A DNA stretch of 40,545 bases, from IMG/VR virus record IMGVR_UViG_3300006105_000042, positions 1 through 40,545 of that record; one strand, written 5' to 3'. Made by a program: the position numbers and the translations under genes. The notes beneath the pieces are model-generated. The model was not told the DNA's origin. It ran no database searches and worked only from the letters and a program-made list of their open reading frames with translations. The stretch is from a virus. Its lineage: Duplodnaviria; Caudoviricetes. Shown here piece by piece: positions 10,260-18,785 of this stretch (the first letter of the stretch is position 1; every line of letters begins with the position of its first letter).

Positions 10260-10704
10260 ATGCGTGTTCTAGTACTTCAAAATTAAATTCACCGGATTCA
10301 ACGGTAACACGCACCTTTGGATAATATACTGCTTCACCAACAAGCTTAAGATAATCGCGGCCGCCATCAATAGCTCCACCACCGGATGCACGATAATCAT
10401 GACGATAACGTGACACGACCACTTCACCAGTATCAGTAAGAACACCGGTAATAGGTTCAGCAAAGCATGAAGATGCATCAGTGATGAGAACATTCTCTCC
10501 CTTACGGAACATACCAAAGAAATTAGTATGACCCTTAGAAGTATCTGGGTTCTCTACATAGAAAACGTCTACAGGCATTTCTTGCCAACGGCCACCATGA
10601 TTAGTACACCAATAACCCATATACTTTGCATTATATCTTTCTTCAATGATCTTGATTCCTTTATCACTGAAGTGAAAGCCTTGAGTACCATTATTAATAA
10701 ACAT
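10258..10704 (-). CDS. Hypothetical phage protein
   Basis: Likely start MFINNG at 10704, overlapping the upstream stop. C-terminal SRYRHDY...IDGGRDYL motif is seen in small phage proteins. Confidence 0.7.
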   Translation of the reverse strand: MFINNGTQGFHFSDKGIKIIEERYNAKYMGYWCTNHGGRWQEMPVDVFYVENPDTSKGHTNFFGMFRKGENVLITDASSCFAEPITGVLTDTGEVVVSRYRHDYRASGGGAIDGGRDYLKLVGEAVYYPKVRVTVESGEFNFEVLEHA

Positions 10705-10876
10705 TATTTGACCTGTATTCATTGATGAAGCTATTTGCCCAGTCCATATAATCGAGTTCAATAGGATCAAGCTTTATATTTTCTTCGCGGTACTTACGCA
10801 GAAGCTCGCAAAGCTTTTCTTCTACACGATGGATTCCATCCTTTTCGGTAGGAAAATCAAACAACATTAAATCCAT
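10694..10876 (-). CDS. Small hypothetical protein
   Basis: ATG 10876 follows GGAGG, downstream of a sigma70-type promoter. Confidence 0.6.
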   Translation of the reverse strand: MDLMLFDFPTEKDGIHRVEEKLCELLRKYREENIKLDPIELDYMDWANSFINEYRSNNVY

Positions 10877-10906
10877 TTCATCCTCCATATCAACCAGTAC
10901 TATCTT

Positions 10907-10935
10907 ATTATATACCAAAAATAATTTATTGTACA
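10907..10935 (-). promoter_or_regulatory. Early (sigma70-type) promoter
   Basis: TGTACA-17 bp-TATAAT on the - strand in an intergenic gap. Confidence 0.6.
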
Positions 10936-10945
10936 TAACAAAATG

Positions 10946-11350
10946 CTATTTTTTTATGGATTTTACATGCATTTCTGTAATTTTACAAGAGACCCAGTGG
11001 TTATACCTATCGTCTCTTAAAATAGCATCTTCTTCAAAGATAAGTTTAGTCTCATAGTAAGAACATTCAGTTCTGTTCTTACACAGCTTTACAATTTCCC
11101 GTTTGAATTGGTCTTTACCAAATTTTTCTATATCAGCAAGAAGATATTTTGAAGAACCCCAATAGTCTTTCCAGTCAGAATCTTTTCTGATCTTTTTTCT
11201 TTTGCCCTTTACGACTTTGGATCCTGCAGAGGTAAAATATTTTCTACCGATGTATTGCTTATTGGTAGGTATATGAGTAATTCTATATATGAATCCATAC
11301 ATGGCAGAATCTGCTTCAGTGTATGGTTCACCATTATATAACCATTCCAC
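10946..11350 (-). CDS. GIY-YIG family endonuclease (GTG start)
   Basis: GFIYRITH...YIGRK, Y-x-GSS and F-x-REI motifs, plus conserved Glu (YYETK) and Asn (RYN). Confidence 0.85.
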   Translation of the reverse strand: MEWLYNGEPYTEADSAMYGFIYRITHIPTNKQYIGRKYFTSAGSKVVKGKRKKIRKDSDWKDYWGSSKYLLADIEKFGKDQFKREIVKLCKNRTECSYYETKLIFEEDAILRDDRYNHWVSCKITEMHVKSIKK

Positions 11351-11351
11351 T

Positions 11352-11504
11352 TTATTCTTCGTATTCTTCTAAGTCAGACTCTTCTTGCTGAACTTCAGAA
11401 CCACAGAATGGGCAATAGCTTTCATTTAATTCATTTGAAATAGAACTGACGACTTTATATTCTGCATCGCAGGTCTGACACACAATCCAGTTTTCAACTT
11501 TCAT
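11352..11504 (-). CDS. Small zinc-ribbon protein, missed by the ORF track
   Basis: 50 aa, MKVENWIVCQTCDAEYKVVSSISNELNESYCPFCGSEVQQEESDLEEYEE, with CxxC...CPFC, an acidic tail and SD GGAG. Confidence 0.8.
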   Translation of the reverse strand: MKVENWIVCQTCDAEYKVVSSISNELNESYCPFCGSEVQQEESDLEEYEE

Positions 11505-11528
11505 ATATTATAACTCCAATGATGGTTG

Positions 11529-11564
11529 TAACAGGAGTAGCACTAACTACTCCTGTTATTTATC
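11529..11564. promoter_or_regulatory. 12-bp perfect inverted repeat overlapping a - strand GATAAATA late-promoter variant
   Basis: TAACAGGAGTAG-cactaa-CTACTCCTGTTA; GATAAATA on the - strand at 11557-11564. Confidence 0.6.
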
Positions 11565-11574
11565 ACTAGAATTA

Positions 11575-11772
11575 TTACTTGAAAATTCTACCTAATGTGG
11601 TGTTCTTTTGAATTCTTATATCCTTATTGCTCCATGACCAGCATTCACCGTCTAAATCATTGAAGCAAACCCAGATAAGATCATGCTCAATTCCATAATC
11701 TATTAATATATGTGCTAAAGCTTTACCTTTAGGAGTAGTAACAGGAATTGGTGGATTGAGCTGTAAAAGCAT
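11575..11772 (-). CDS. Hypothetical protein
   Basis: 65 aa ORF coupled to the nrdB stop (TAATG overlap). Confidence 0.7.
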   Translation of the reverse strand: MLLQLNPPIPVTTPKGKALAHILIDYGIEHDLIWVCFNDLDGECWSWSNKDIRIQKNTTLGRIFK

Positions 11773-12884
11773 TATAGAGAAAAGCCTGTAAATGTATCTG
11801 CAGTTACATCTTTATTTATTCCGCCAACAATATAAGAGGTGATCTCAGTTTCTTGTGGAGCAACCTGTACATCAATGCCCGAGATCCACTTTTGAGTCCA
11901 AGGAAGAGGATTACTAGTAATCTTATTGATCTTATTAGTAGATACATCCACAGACTTCATACGACGAGCAGCAATCCAGTCTACATAATCACAAAGCAAT
12001 TCATAGTTAAGACCAATCATTGATCCACTATAGAAAAGATATTTTGCCCAAGCCTTTTCTTGATTGATAACCTCACGGAAGATATTTTCAACCTCTTTTG
12101 CGCATTCTTCTTTAATAACTGCAAAATCTGGATCTTCTTTAGGAAGAAGCTTAATGAGTTGCTGAGTTGATGCAAGATGGATATTCTCATCACGAGCAAT
12201 AAGCTTGATGATTTTTGCATTACCTTCCATCTTCTTTACTTCAGCAAATGCCCATGAGCAAGCAAACGATACATAAAAACGAATGCCCTCTAGCGCATTG
12301 ACTGCATTGAGGCAGAGCCATAGAGCTTTCTTATGGTTATATGTTCCACCATAATTCATAGCTGCGTAATTATATGTGCCTATTAATTTTGAAGAATTGT
12401 TTTCTTCAATAAGTGCATCATAATACTTACTGATGTCTTTAGCACAATCCACGATCTCTTCAATATCAAGAACTTCATCAAAGACCTTTGATGGATCAGA
12501 ATAGATATTACGAATGATATGAGTATATGAACGACTGTGGATAGTCTCAAAGAAAGTCCAAGTCTGAATCCAGTTTTCAATCTCTGGAAGACTGCAAATG
12601 GGAAGGAATGCTATAGATGGAGCGCGTCCCTGAACAGAATCAAGAATAATTTGACGCTTCAGGTTAGCTGTAAAGATATGCTTCTCATGATCCAATAGAC
12701 CCTTGAAGTCTTTTGAGTCACGTGATAGATCTACTTCTTCTGGTCTCCAAAAGAATCCCATATGCTTCTCAGTTAGCTTTTCAAAGAAAGGATATTTTTG
12801 CTTATCATAACGAGCAATATTCAATGGCTGTCCAAAGAATATAGTATTATCCAATGAATTACTATCGAGATTAAAAACTGACAT
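11772..12884 (-). CDS. nrdB: Ribonucleotide reductase class Ia beta subunit
   Basis: FFWRPEEVDL, LDSVQGR, ETIHSRSYTHI, LEGIRFYVSF, IARDENIH and VAPQETEITSY motifs. Confidence 0.97.
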   Translation of the reverse strand: MSVFNLDSNSLDNTIFFGQPLNIARYDKQKYPFFEKLTEKHMGFFWRPEEVDLSRDSKDFKGLLDHEKHIFTANLKRQIILDSVQGRAPSIAFLPICSLPEIENWIQTWTFFETIHSRSYTHIIRNIYSDPSKVFDEVLDIEEIVDCAKDISKYYDALIEENNSSKLIGTYNYAAMNYGGTYNHKKALWLCLNAVNALEGIRFYVSFACSWAFAEVKKMEGNAKIIKLIARDENIHLASTQQLIKLLPKEDPDFAVIKEECAKEVENIFREVINQEKAWAKYLFYSGSMIGLNYELLCDYVDWIAARRMKSVDVSTNKINKITSNPLPWTQKWISGIDVQVAPQETEITSYIVGGINKDVTADTFTGFSL

Positions 12885-12898
12885 ATTTTTTCCTTAAA

Positions 12899-15184
12899 TT
12901 ATAACTTGCAAGATTCACAATCCACATTATCTGTTTCTCCGGCTTCTAGTTTCTTTTCTGGTTGAACATCAATTTCACCAGAGCCATCGAATGTATTGAG
13001 ATAATATAATTGCTTACCACCGTACTTATAAAACAATAACAAATGCTTAATCATTTCAGAAAGAGGAATCTTTTCCTCAGGATAAAACTTAGGATTATAT
13101 GTAGTATTAACAGAAATACCTTGGTCAATAAACTTTTGTAGTACTGCCATAATCTTCAGATAACCTTCTGGTGAAGTTTGATCTGGAAGAAGTTCATACT
13201 TATTCTTTAACTTAGCAATGTTTGGTACAACTTGTTTAAGTATTCCATCCTTTGATTGCTTAATAGAAACAAGACTACGAGGTGGTTCAATACCATTAGT
13301 CGAATTACTAATCTGAGCCGACGTTTCAGCCGGCATCAAAGCCATCAATGTAGAATTACGAATACCATATGATGTTGCATAACGACGAACATAATCCCAG
13401 TCCATATTATATACTGGATTTACTAATTGGTCAACATCTTTTTTATAAGTATCAATAGGAAGAATACCTTGACTGTATTTAGTATCTTGAGTCTTTAAGC
13501 AAGCTCCTTGTTCAAAAGCAAGATCAACACTTGCTTTGATAAGATAGTATGACCATGCTTCAGCATATTCATGAACAAGATCAAGATTTGGATTAGAATA
13601 ATTGGTATCATTCTTTGCAAGCCAATAAGCAAAGTTGATAATACCCACACCAAGAGGTCGGCGATCCATAGTAGAACGTTCAGCCGCTTTCACTGGATAG
13701 CTTTGATAATCCAATAGAGCATCAAGAGCACGAACAGCAATAGTACATGGCTTTTCAAAATCAGCCGGCTTCTTAATCTTGCCCCAATTAATTGCAGCTA
13801 ATGTACAAAGACTAATTTCACCTTCTTCATCATTAATATCCTTCAATGGTTTTGTAGGAAGATTAATTTCGCAACAAAGATTTGATTGGTAAATCTTAGC
13901 ATTATTTTCAATGAAGGAGCCGTGCTCATTTGCAAGGTCAACATTCATCAGATATATACGTCCAGTATCCTTCCGTTCCTGCATGAATGCCGAAAAAAGC
14001 TCGATTGCAGGAACCGACTTCTTTCGTAGCTTTGGATTGCGTTCTGCAGATTCATAAAGCTTTCTGAAGTTGTCTGTGTCTGATGTAAAAAAGGCTTCAT
14101 ACAAATCAGGGACGTCTGCTGGGGAGAATAAAGTGATATTTCCGTTGTTAATGAGTCGCTCATACATCACCTTATTAAATTGTACACCATAATCTAGATG
14201 GCGAATACGATTATCTTCTGTGCCCTTATTATTCTTAAGGACAAGCATATCCTCTATTTCGAGGTGCCAGATTGGGAAATAGAGCGTAGCAGCTCCGCCG
14301 CGGACCCCGCCTTGTGAGCAGGACTTAACAGCACTTTGAAAATACTTATAAAAAGGTATAACTCCAGTATGACTAGCGTCACCATTACGAATGGCACTAT
14401 TAATAGCCCTAATACGACCAGCGCCAATACCGATACCAGCTTTTTGACTGACGTATTTAACAATCGCCGAAGCGGTCGCGTTGATCGAGTCCAGCGAGTC
14501 ATCCGTCTCAATGAGAACGCAGGACGAAAATTGTCTTTGCGGAGTTCTAACACCAGCCATGATAGGAGTAGGCAGAGACACGTCAAAAGTAGATATAGCA
14601 TCATATAATTCCTTTACCCATTTAATTTTATCTTTTTCATAATTAGAAAACAAAGTCATTGCAATAAGCATAAATGCCATTTGCGGAGTTTCATAAAACT
14701 TTCCGGTAACTCGATTCTTTACAAGATACTTACCACGGAATTGTTCCATGGCTGCATAGGTAAGAAGCTTATCACGTTCATGATCTATATATTCTTCGAG
14801 CTCATACCATTCTTCTTGTGTATAGGCTGTTCCCAATGCTTCATCATAATAACCAAGAGACTTGACTTTAATATAATGAGTCAATAGATGCGGAGGAGTA
14901 TAATTATCATACACTTCTTTACGAAGATGATAATTGATAAGACGACCAGCAACATATTGATAATTAGGGCTTTCTTCAGAAATAAGATCTGCAGCAGCCT
15001 TAATAAGAGTTTCTTGAATATCAGTAGACTTGATATTATTATAAAATTGAATTCTCGTTTTAATTTCGAGATCTGATACAGATACGCCGGTTAAACCTTC
15101 ACATGCAAACGATGTGATTCTATGAAACTTTTGTAGATCAAGAGGTTGCTTAGATCCATCTCTCTTTATAACGTTAATTGTCAT
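12899..15184 (-). CDS. nrdA: Ribonucleotide reductase class Ia alpha subunit
   Basis: N-terminal ATP cone (VIKRDG), QFSSCVLI, SNLCCEI, LCTLAAINWG, KQLYY and a C-terminal CESCKL. No intein or intron is evident. Confidence 0.97.
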   Translation of the reverse strand: MTINVIKRDGSKQPLDLQKFHRITSFACEGLTGVSVSDLEIKTRIQFYNNIKSTDIQETLIKAAADLISEESPNYQYVAGRLINYHLRKEVYDNYTPPHLLTHYIKVKSLGYYDEALGTAYTQEEWYELEEYIDHERDKLLTYAAMEQFRGKYLVKNRVTGKFYETPQMAFMLIAMTLFSNYEKDKIKWVKELYDAISTFDVSLPTPIMAGVRTPQRQFSSCVLIETDDSLDSINATASAIVKYVSQKAGIGIGAGRIRAINSAIRNGDASHTGVIPFYKYFQSAVKSCSQGGVRGGAATLYFPIWHLEIEDMLVLKNNKGTEDNRIRHLDYGVQFNKVMYERLINNGNITLFSPADVPDLYEAFFTSDTDNFRKLYESAERNPKLRKKSVPAIELFSAFMQERKDTGRIYLMNVDLANEHGSFIENNAKIYQSNLCCEINLPTKPLKDINDEEGEISLCTLAAINWGKIKKPADFEKPCTIAVRALDALLDYQSYPVKAAERSTMDRRPLGVGIINFAYWLAKNDTNYSNPNLDLVHEYAEAWSYYLIKASVDLAFEQGACLKTQDTKYSQGILPIDTYKKDVDQLVNPVYNMDWDYVRRYATSYGIRNSTLMALMPAETSAQISNSTNGIEPPRSLVSIKQSKDGILKQVVPNIAKLKNKYELLPDQTSPEGYLKIMAVLQKFIDQGISVNTTYNPKFYPEEKIPLSEMIKHLLLFYKYGGKQLYYLNTFDGSGEIDVQPEKKLEAGETDNVDCESCKL

Positions 15185-15834
15185 TCTTCTAATGCCTTTA
15201 CAATATCAGGGAAATGAGTGCCGATAATATCCCAACACTTAATAGCTACTTCACGGTGTTCCTTTTGAGTACCATTACCCATACGTAATGTGCAGTAATG
15301 AATCCAACTACGAAGGGTTCCACTCATATACAGAGTGGTCTCAGTCATACCTTCTGGCAGTACTGCACGAGCTTGTTCTTTAGCAATACCATGATCCAAG
15401 GCCCACTTATAAGAAGACATTGCTTCATTCTTTGCCTTCAGTTGGAAATAATTCCATTCTTCTTGAAGACGGCGATCATCTGTCTCAATAGAATTCTGAC
15501 GGTTCTTTGTATCTTGTAAACGAGCTTCTCGGGTTACAAAGTTTTCTGATACTGCATAACGCTGACTAAATTCTTGGAATGAAAATGAACGGTGTCTTAG
15601 GATCTGACGAGAAATATCTCTAGTAGTCTTGATCTCTACAACCATATGAACCATTTCCAATGGTGACCAATGTTCATTTTCTACGAGATACTTGACGAGC
15701 TTACCGGCGGTCTTAGTATTATTTTGATTTGCTGGATTAGATACTCTTGCAGCATACGCAACGAGCTCTTGTGCAGTATAACATTCTGAGTATGCAGTTG
15801 GCTTTGTTAGTCCGATAAGATTTACTTCATTCAT
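15181..15834 (-). CDS. thyX: FAD-dependent thymidylate synthase
   Basis: ThyX motif RHRSFSFQEFSQRY, plus HWSPLE and EQARAVLP. Start placed at MNEVNL, overlapping the primase stop. Confidence 0.95.
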   Translation of the reverse strand: MNEVNLIGLTKPTAYSECYTAQELVAYAARVSNPANQNNTKTAGKLVKYLVENEHWSPLEMVHMVVEIKTTRDISRQILRHRSFSFQEFSQRYAVSENFVTREARLQDTKNRQNSIETDDRRLQEEWNYFQLKAKNEAMSSYKWALDHGIAKEQARAVLPEGMTETTLYMSGTLRSWIHYCTLRMGNGTQKEHREVAIKCWDIIGTHFPDIVKALEE

Positions 15835-16835
15835 ATTTTCTTCCATTCATTAAATTTTAGTTGTGCCAAAATACCTTCATAAGTACAAGAGTCAATAATC
15901 CTTTGTACTTCTTGTGGTGTCATTCCACCAAGAATCATATCATTAATATCTTTGTATTTTAAGTCATTTGGCCAAATACATACTTTATACTTTTGTGCAA
16001 CTTGACCAATCCTTTTTACAATCTCTGCATTACGAGGTTCATTATCATAAACAAACACAGAGTGCTCGTTGACTACATCAATATTTATATCCGCCCCGGC
16101 CATAGAAATACAGTTAGGAAGAAATAAAGAATCAATAGGACCTTCAACAATATAATGCTTTTTAGTCAGATCTGCTTTATCAAGACCAAAGACTTTAATC
16201 TCATCTTGAAGCATAATTGAAATATATCTAAGTTTATCATTTGGATCAAAGCTTCGACCTTGATAACCAATCAGCTTTTCATTCTTATCAAGAAAAGGAA
16301 TTACAAGCCGTGGAGAATCCTTATCGGTCTTAAGCTTATTTGGAATAATAGTATTAGTCCAAGTTGCAAACTTAGAACAATAGAAAAGTCGGCTGTGTGC
16401 TTCAGGAGGAATTTTTCTATCGACAACATATTGCTTAGCAGGATGATCCCACTTTAGTTGCGAGATCTTTTTGAGCTTAAGTAACGGTGACCCTGCGCGC
16501 ATATGATTAGGATGCTTGAAAGCGGGTTCTTTCTTTTCAACCGGCGGCTTATCCTTTTCAAGGAATACTTCTTGATTATAATCTTGATAATATTCCGGTG
16601 CAATATCACGAAGAAAGGATGCAATGTTTCTGCCCGCTCCACAATTATGACAATGATAAATGATAGAATCTTGTTTTTGAAAGAAAAAGCCACGAGCTTT
16701 GAGCTGACTCTTTTTTGAGTCACCACAAATTGGACACCGAAAGTTAGCTTGATATGGGTTATGAGATTTTACCTTGAAGCGATCAAGCTTCACGGAAACA
16801 AGATTAGCGTATTTTACATCGATCCAAAGAGACAT
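15831..16835 (-). CDS. gp61: DNA primase
   Basis: Zn finger NFRCPICGDS...HCHNCG; TOPRIM motifs VEGPIDSLF, YDNEPRN and KDINDMIL. Confidence 0.95.
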   Translation of the reverse strand: MSLWIDVKYANLVSVKLDRFKVKSHNPYQANFRCPICGDSKKSQLKARGFFFQKQDSIIYHCHNCGAGRNIASFLRDIAPEYYQDYNQEVFLEKDKPPVEKKEPAFKHPNHMRAGSPLLKLKKISQLKWDHPAKQYVVDRKIPPEAHSRLFYCSKFATWTNTIIPNKLKTDKDSPRLVIPFLDKNEKLIGYQGRSFDPNDKLRYISIMLQDEIKVFGLDKADLTKKHYIVEGPIDSLFLPNCISMAGADINIDVVNEHSVFVYDNEPRNAEIVKRIGQVAQKYKVCIWPNDLKYKDINDMILGGMTPQEVQRIIDSCTYEGILAQLKFNEWKKI

Positions 16836-16862
16836 AGTAGTTTACCTTCTATTATATAGTAC

Positions 16863-16891
16863 ATTATACTATAGTCTAGATAAAATGTAAA
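16863..16891 (-). promoter_or_regulatory. Early promoter for the primase-thyX-nrdAB operon, embedded in a long inverted repeat
   Basis: (G)TTTACA-17 bp-TATAAT; GTTTAC is the T4 early -35 form. Confidence 0.8.
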
Positions 16892-16899
16892 CTACTATT

Positions 16900-17346
16900 T
16901 TAGTGTTTCATCATTACAAAAGGAGTAACAAACACCGATAATAACCAAGAAATAATAGCAACGCCGCCTAAAATAGTCCAACGCCAATTCTCAATTGTGC
17001 GTGTTCTTTTTGATAGCTTTTCTAATGCATCAATATGCTCTGCACGAAGACCTTTAATTTCTTTTGTAAGATCTTCAATGTCTTTCTTAACATTAGTTTC
17101 CATTGTTGCCATTTTAGTATTGATTAGATCATTTGTCTTATCAATTTCTTTATATACATCTTTGTGTATATCATCATGTGTATTAATTTTTGTTTCGTGC
17201 ACGGCCAGTAATTGCTTAATTGTACTAGATACATCAGACAGCTTTTCAATAGTCGTATCAAGTCTATCAAATAGACCTGAAACTTGTGAGATCTCTTTTT
17301 CTAAAAGAGCTAAACGAGTTTCTACTGTTTTATCGTCTTCTGCCAC
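16900..17346 (-). CDS. Coiled-coil protein with a C-terminal TM helix (holin/lysis accessory candidate; GTG start)
   Basis: Heptad-rich N-terminus and hydrophobic WTILGGVAIISWLLSVFVTPFVM; lies immediately downstream of the spanins. Confidence 0.5.
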   Translation of the reverse strand: MAEDDKTVETRLALLEKEISQVSGLFDRLDTTIEKLSDVSSTIKQLLAVHETKINTHDDIHKDVYKEIDKTNDLINTKMATMETNVKKDIEDLTKEIKGLRAEHIDALEKLSKRTRTIENWRWTILGGVAIISWLLSVFVTPFVMMKH

Positions 17347-17355
17347 GGTATCCTC

Positions 17356-17895
17356 TTATTTTTTAAGTGTTGTATTATCTACTGATCGAACTTTATTTAT
17401 CCAATCTTGTAGTGCTTTTAATTGGGCTGCGTTTTGGTAACAGATGGAGTAGTTATCGACGATTGTACCAAGGGCTTGACTGTTTGTAACTGTTGAGGCG
17501 GTTTCATCAGAAGCTCTGGTGGAGTCGGAAGCGCTGTCGGTGGCAGCTGAATTGTGGATGTACACCCAGCCATTAGACAGCAGGTGAGTATCATTGAGAT
17601 TGTTAGCATTGTTTTCATTGATATACTCTTTTTGTGTTATAACTTTTGTCTGAGTAATATATTTAGTAATTACATGATTACTAATATTTTGATTCTCTTG
17701 TAAAAGTTTATTGTATTTGCTTTGCCAATCTAATGTAATTTGAGAAATCTTTTGATCGCCTACGGCAATACCCTTAGTATATCCATTTTGATATGCTAAA
17801 AATACTATAATCATCATAGGAAGAATTGCACTAAAAGCTCCAAGTATTACCGAAGCTAATGCGTGCGAAAGAATTCCTCTAATAAAATTAAACAT
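17356..17895 (-). CDS. Inner-membrane spanin (Rz-like)
   Basis: N-terminal TM segment, helical periplasmic domain and a C-terminal C...QLKALQDWI. Contains an embedded lipoprotein gene. Confidence 0.8.
   Translation of the reverse strand: MFNFIRGILSHALASVILGAFSAILPMMIIVFLAYQNGYTKGIAVGDQKISQITLDWQSKYNKLLQENQNISNHVITKYITQTKVITQKEYINENNANNLNDTHLLSNGWVYIHNSAATDSASDSTRASDETASTVTNSQALGTIVDNYSICYQNAAQLKALQDWINKVRSVDNTTLKK
17418..17618 (-). CDS. Outer-membrane lipoprotein spanin (Rz1-like), embedded in the +1 frame
   Basis: Signal peptide MKTMLTISMILTCCLMAG/C with a lipobox; mature 48 aa with 10 Pro; AAGAG upstream of the ATG. Confidence 0.82.
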   Translation of the reverse strand: MKTMLTISMILTCCLMAGCTSTIQLPPTALPTPPELLMKPPQQLQTVKPLVQSSITTPSVTKTQPN

Positions 17896-18181
17896 ATTGA
17901 TTGCCTCTTCTATTCATAAACTTAATTCCACGTCTATTCATTAAGTTTCCTGTAGATCTAGGAGCTTTTACTTTTGAAGCAAGATCTGTTTTACTAGAAC
18001 CAGTCATACCAACTTTAAAACGCTTTTTCTTTCTAAACATTGGTGGGCTCTGAACTTTACCAGATCTATCTACGATGCTTCCAATACCAGCAGTTGTAGT
18101 TGTAGGAGCACCTCCACCAAGACCACCAGCAGCTCCGCCGCCGTCTTCTTGAATAGCTATAAAAAGTTTAAACTCTAGCAT
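17888..18181 (-). CDS. Small basic probable head-internal protein
   Basis: MLEFKLFIAIQE leader resembling gp21-cleaved prepeptides, followed by Gly-rich and Lys/Arg-rich sequence. Confidence 0.55.
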   Translation of the reverse strand: MLEFKLFIAIQEDGGGAAGGLGGGAPTTTTAGIGSIVDRSGKVQSPPMFRKKKRFKVGMTGSSKTDLASKVKAPRSTGNLMNRRGIKFMNRRGNQYV

Positions 18182-18190
18182 GGAATGTTC

Positions 18191-18571
18191 CTATATGGTT
18201 TTTAATTTTTCCAAAATATACTGGTTTGTTTCTACTGCATCGTAGTCTGCAAACTCTATATTATTTATTTTATTTGGAATATAACCAAGAAACTCAAGAA
18301 AAGCTTTAAGCTCAGGATAGAAACCCTTGAGCTTAAAGAGCAATATTCTACTAGTATGTATTGGACCAAAAACGTTATTCAAAATCACGATGTGATTAAG
18401 AATTAATCGTTCTTTCAATTCACCAGTCTCTTTATATTTATTAAAGAGTCTTTTGATATACTTGATTCTGCTCAAGTCCTCAACAAATTCTTTATCATCA
18501 AAACACTGTGGATTTGCATAATGTTTATAGCAATAAAATATAAAATTGCTTTCAGTAATAATCTCAATCAT
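18191..18571 (-). CDS. Conserved hypothetical protein of T4-like phages
   Basis: Y-x-NPQC...EF-x-EDL-x-RIKYIKRL...LILNHIVIL-x-NVFG pattern, recognised from environmental T4-like myoviruses. Confidence 0.75.
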   Translation of the reverse strand: MIEIITESNFIFYCYKHYANPQCFDDKEFVEDLSRIKYIKRLFNKYKETGELKERLILNHIVILNNVFGPIHTSRILLFKLKGFYPELKAFLEFLGYIPNKINNIEFADYDAVETNQYILEKLKTI

Positions 18572-18579
18572 GCATGATA

Positions 18580-18774
18580 TTAAGAAATAACAGTAATTGT
18601 AAATGATGTATTATGCTGTGATGGTGGAATATCTTGTGGACCTTGCGGACATACACCTTGATATACTACAGTGTTTGCAGCATTGAGTATTTGAATTACG
18701 CCTTCATATCTTGGACGAATAATAATTTTATTAGGAACAGTCTGAAATACGTGTAGTTCTGGAGTAGTTGACAT
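18580..18774 (-). CDS. Hypothetical protein
   Basis: 64 aa ORF with SD AAGGA, tightly packed in the operon. Confidence 0.65.
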   Translation of the reverse strand: MSTTPELHVFQTVPNKIIIRPRYEGVIQILNAANTVVYQGVCPQGPQDIPPSQHNTSFTITVIS

Positions 18775-18785
18775 TTTATTTTCCT

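Noticed and set aside
8880-10324. Several antisense and alternate-frame ORFs over gp23
   Set aside because: They are shadows of a strongly codon-biased gene, with no RBS or recognisable motifs. The same applies to the other short overlapping ORFs in the track.
10946-11350. Calling the GIY-YIG protein denA or a specific seg gene
   Set aside because: Only family-level motifs are recognisable; orthology cannot be established without a search.
14254-14604. 116-aa hydrophobic ORF nested in nrdA
   Set aside because: Its Leu/Val-rich composition is what a shifted frame over T-ending codons produces. It has no clear SD or motif, unlike the nested spanin.
11772-15184. Introns or inteins in nrdA/nrdB
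   Set aside because: Both ORFs are continuous and of ordinary length.
15181-15834. thyX in place of thyA as a novelty
   Set aside because: ThyX is already known in environmental T4-like phages such as cyanomyophages.
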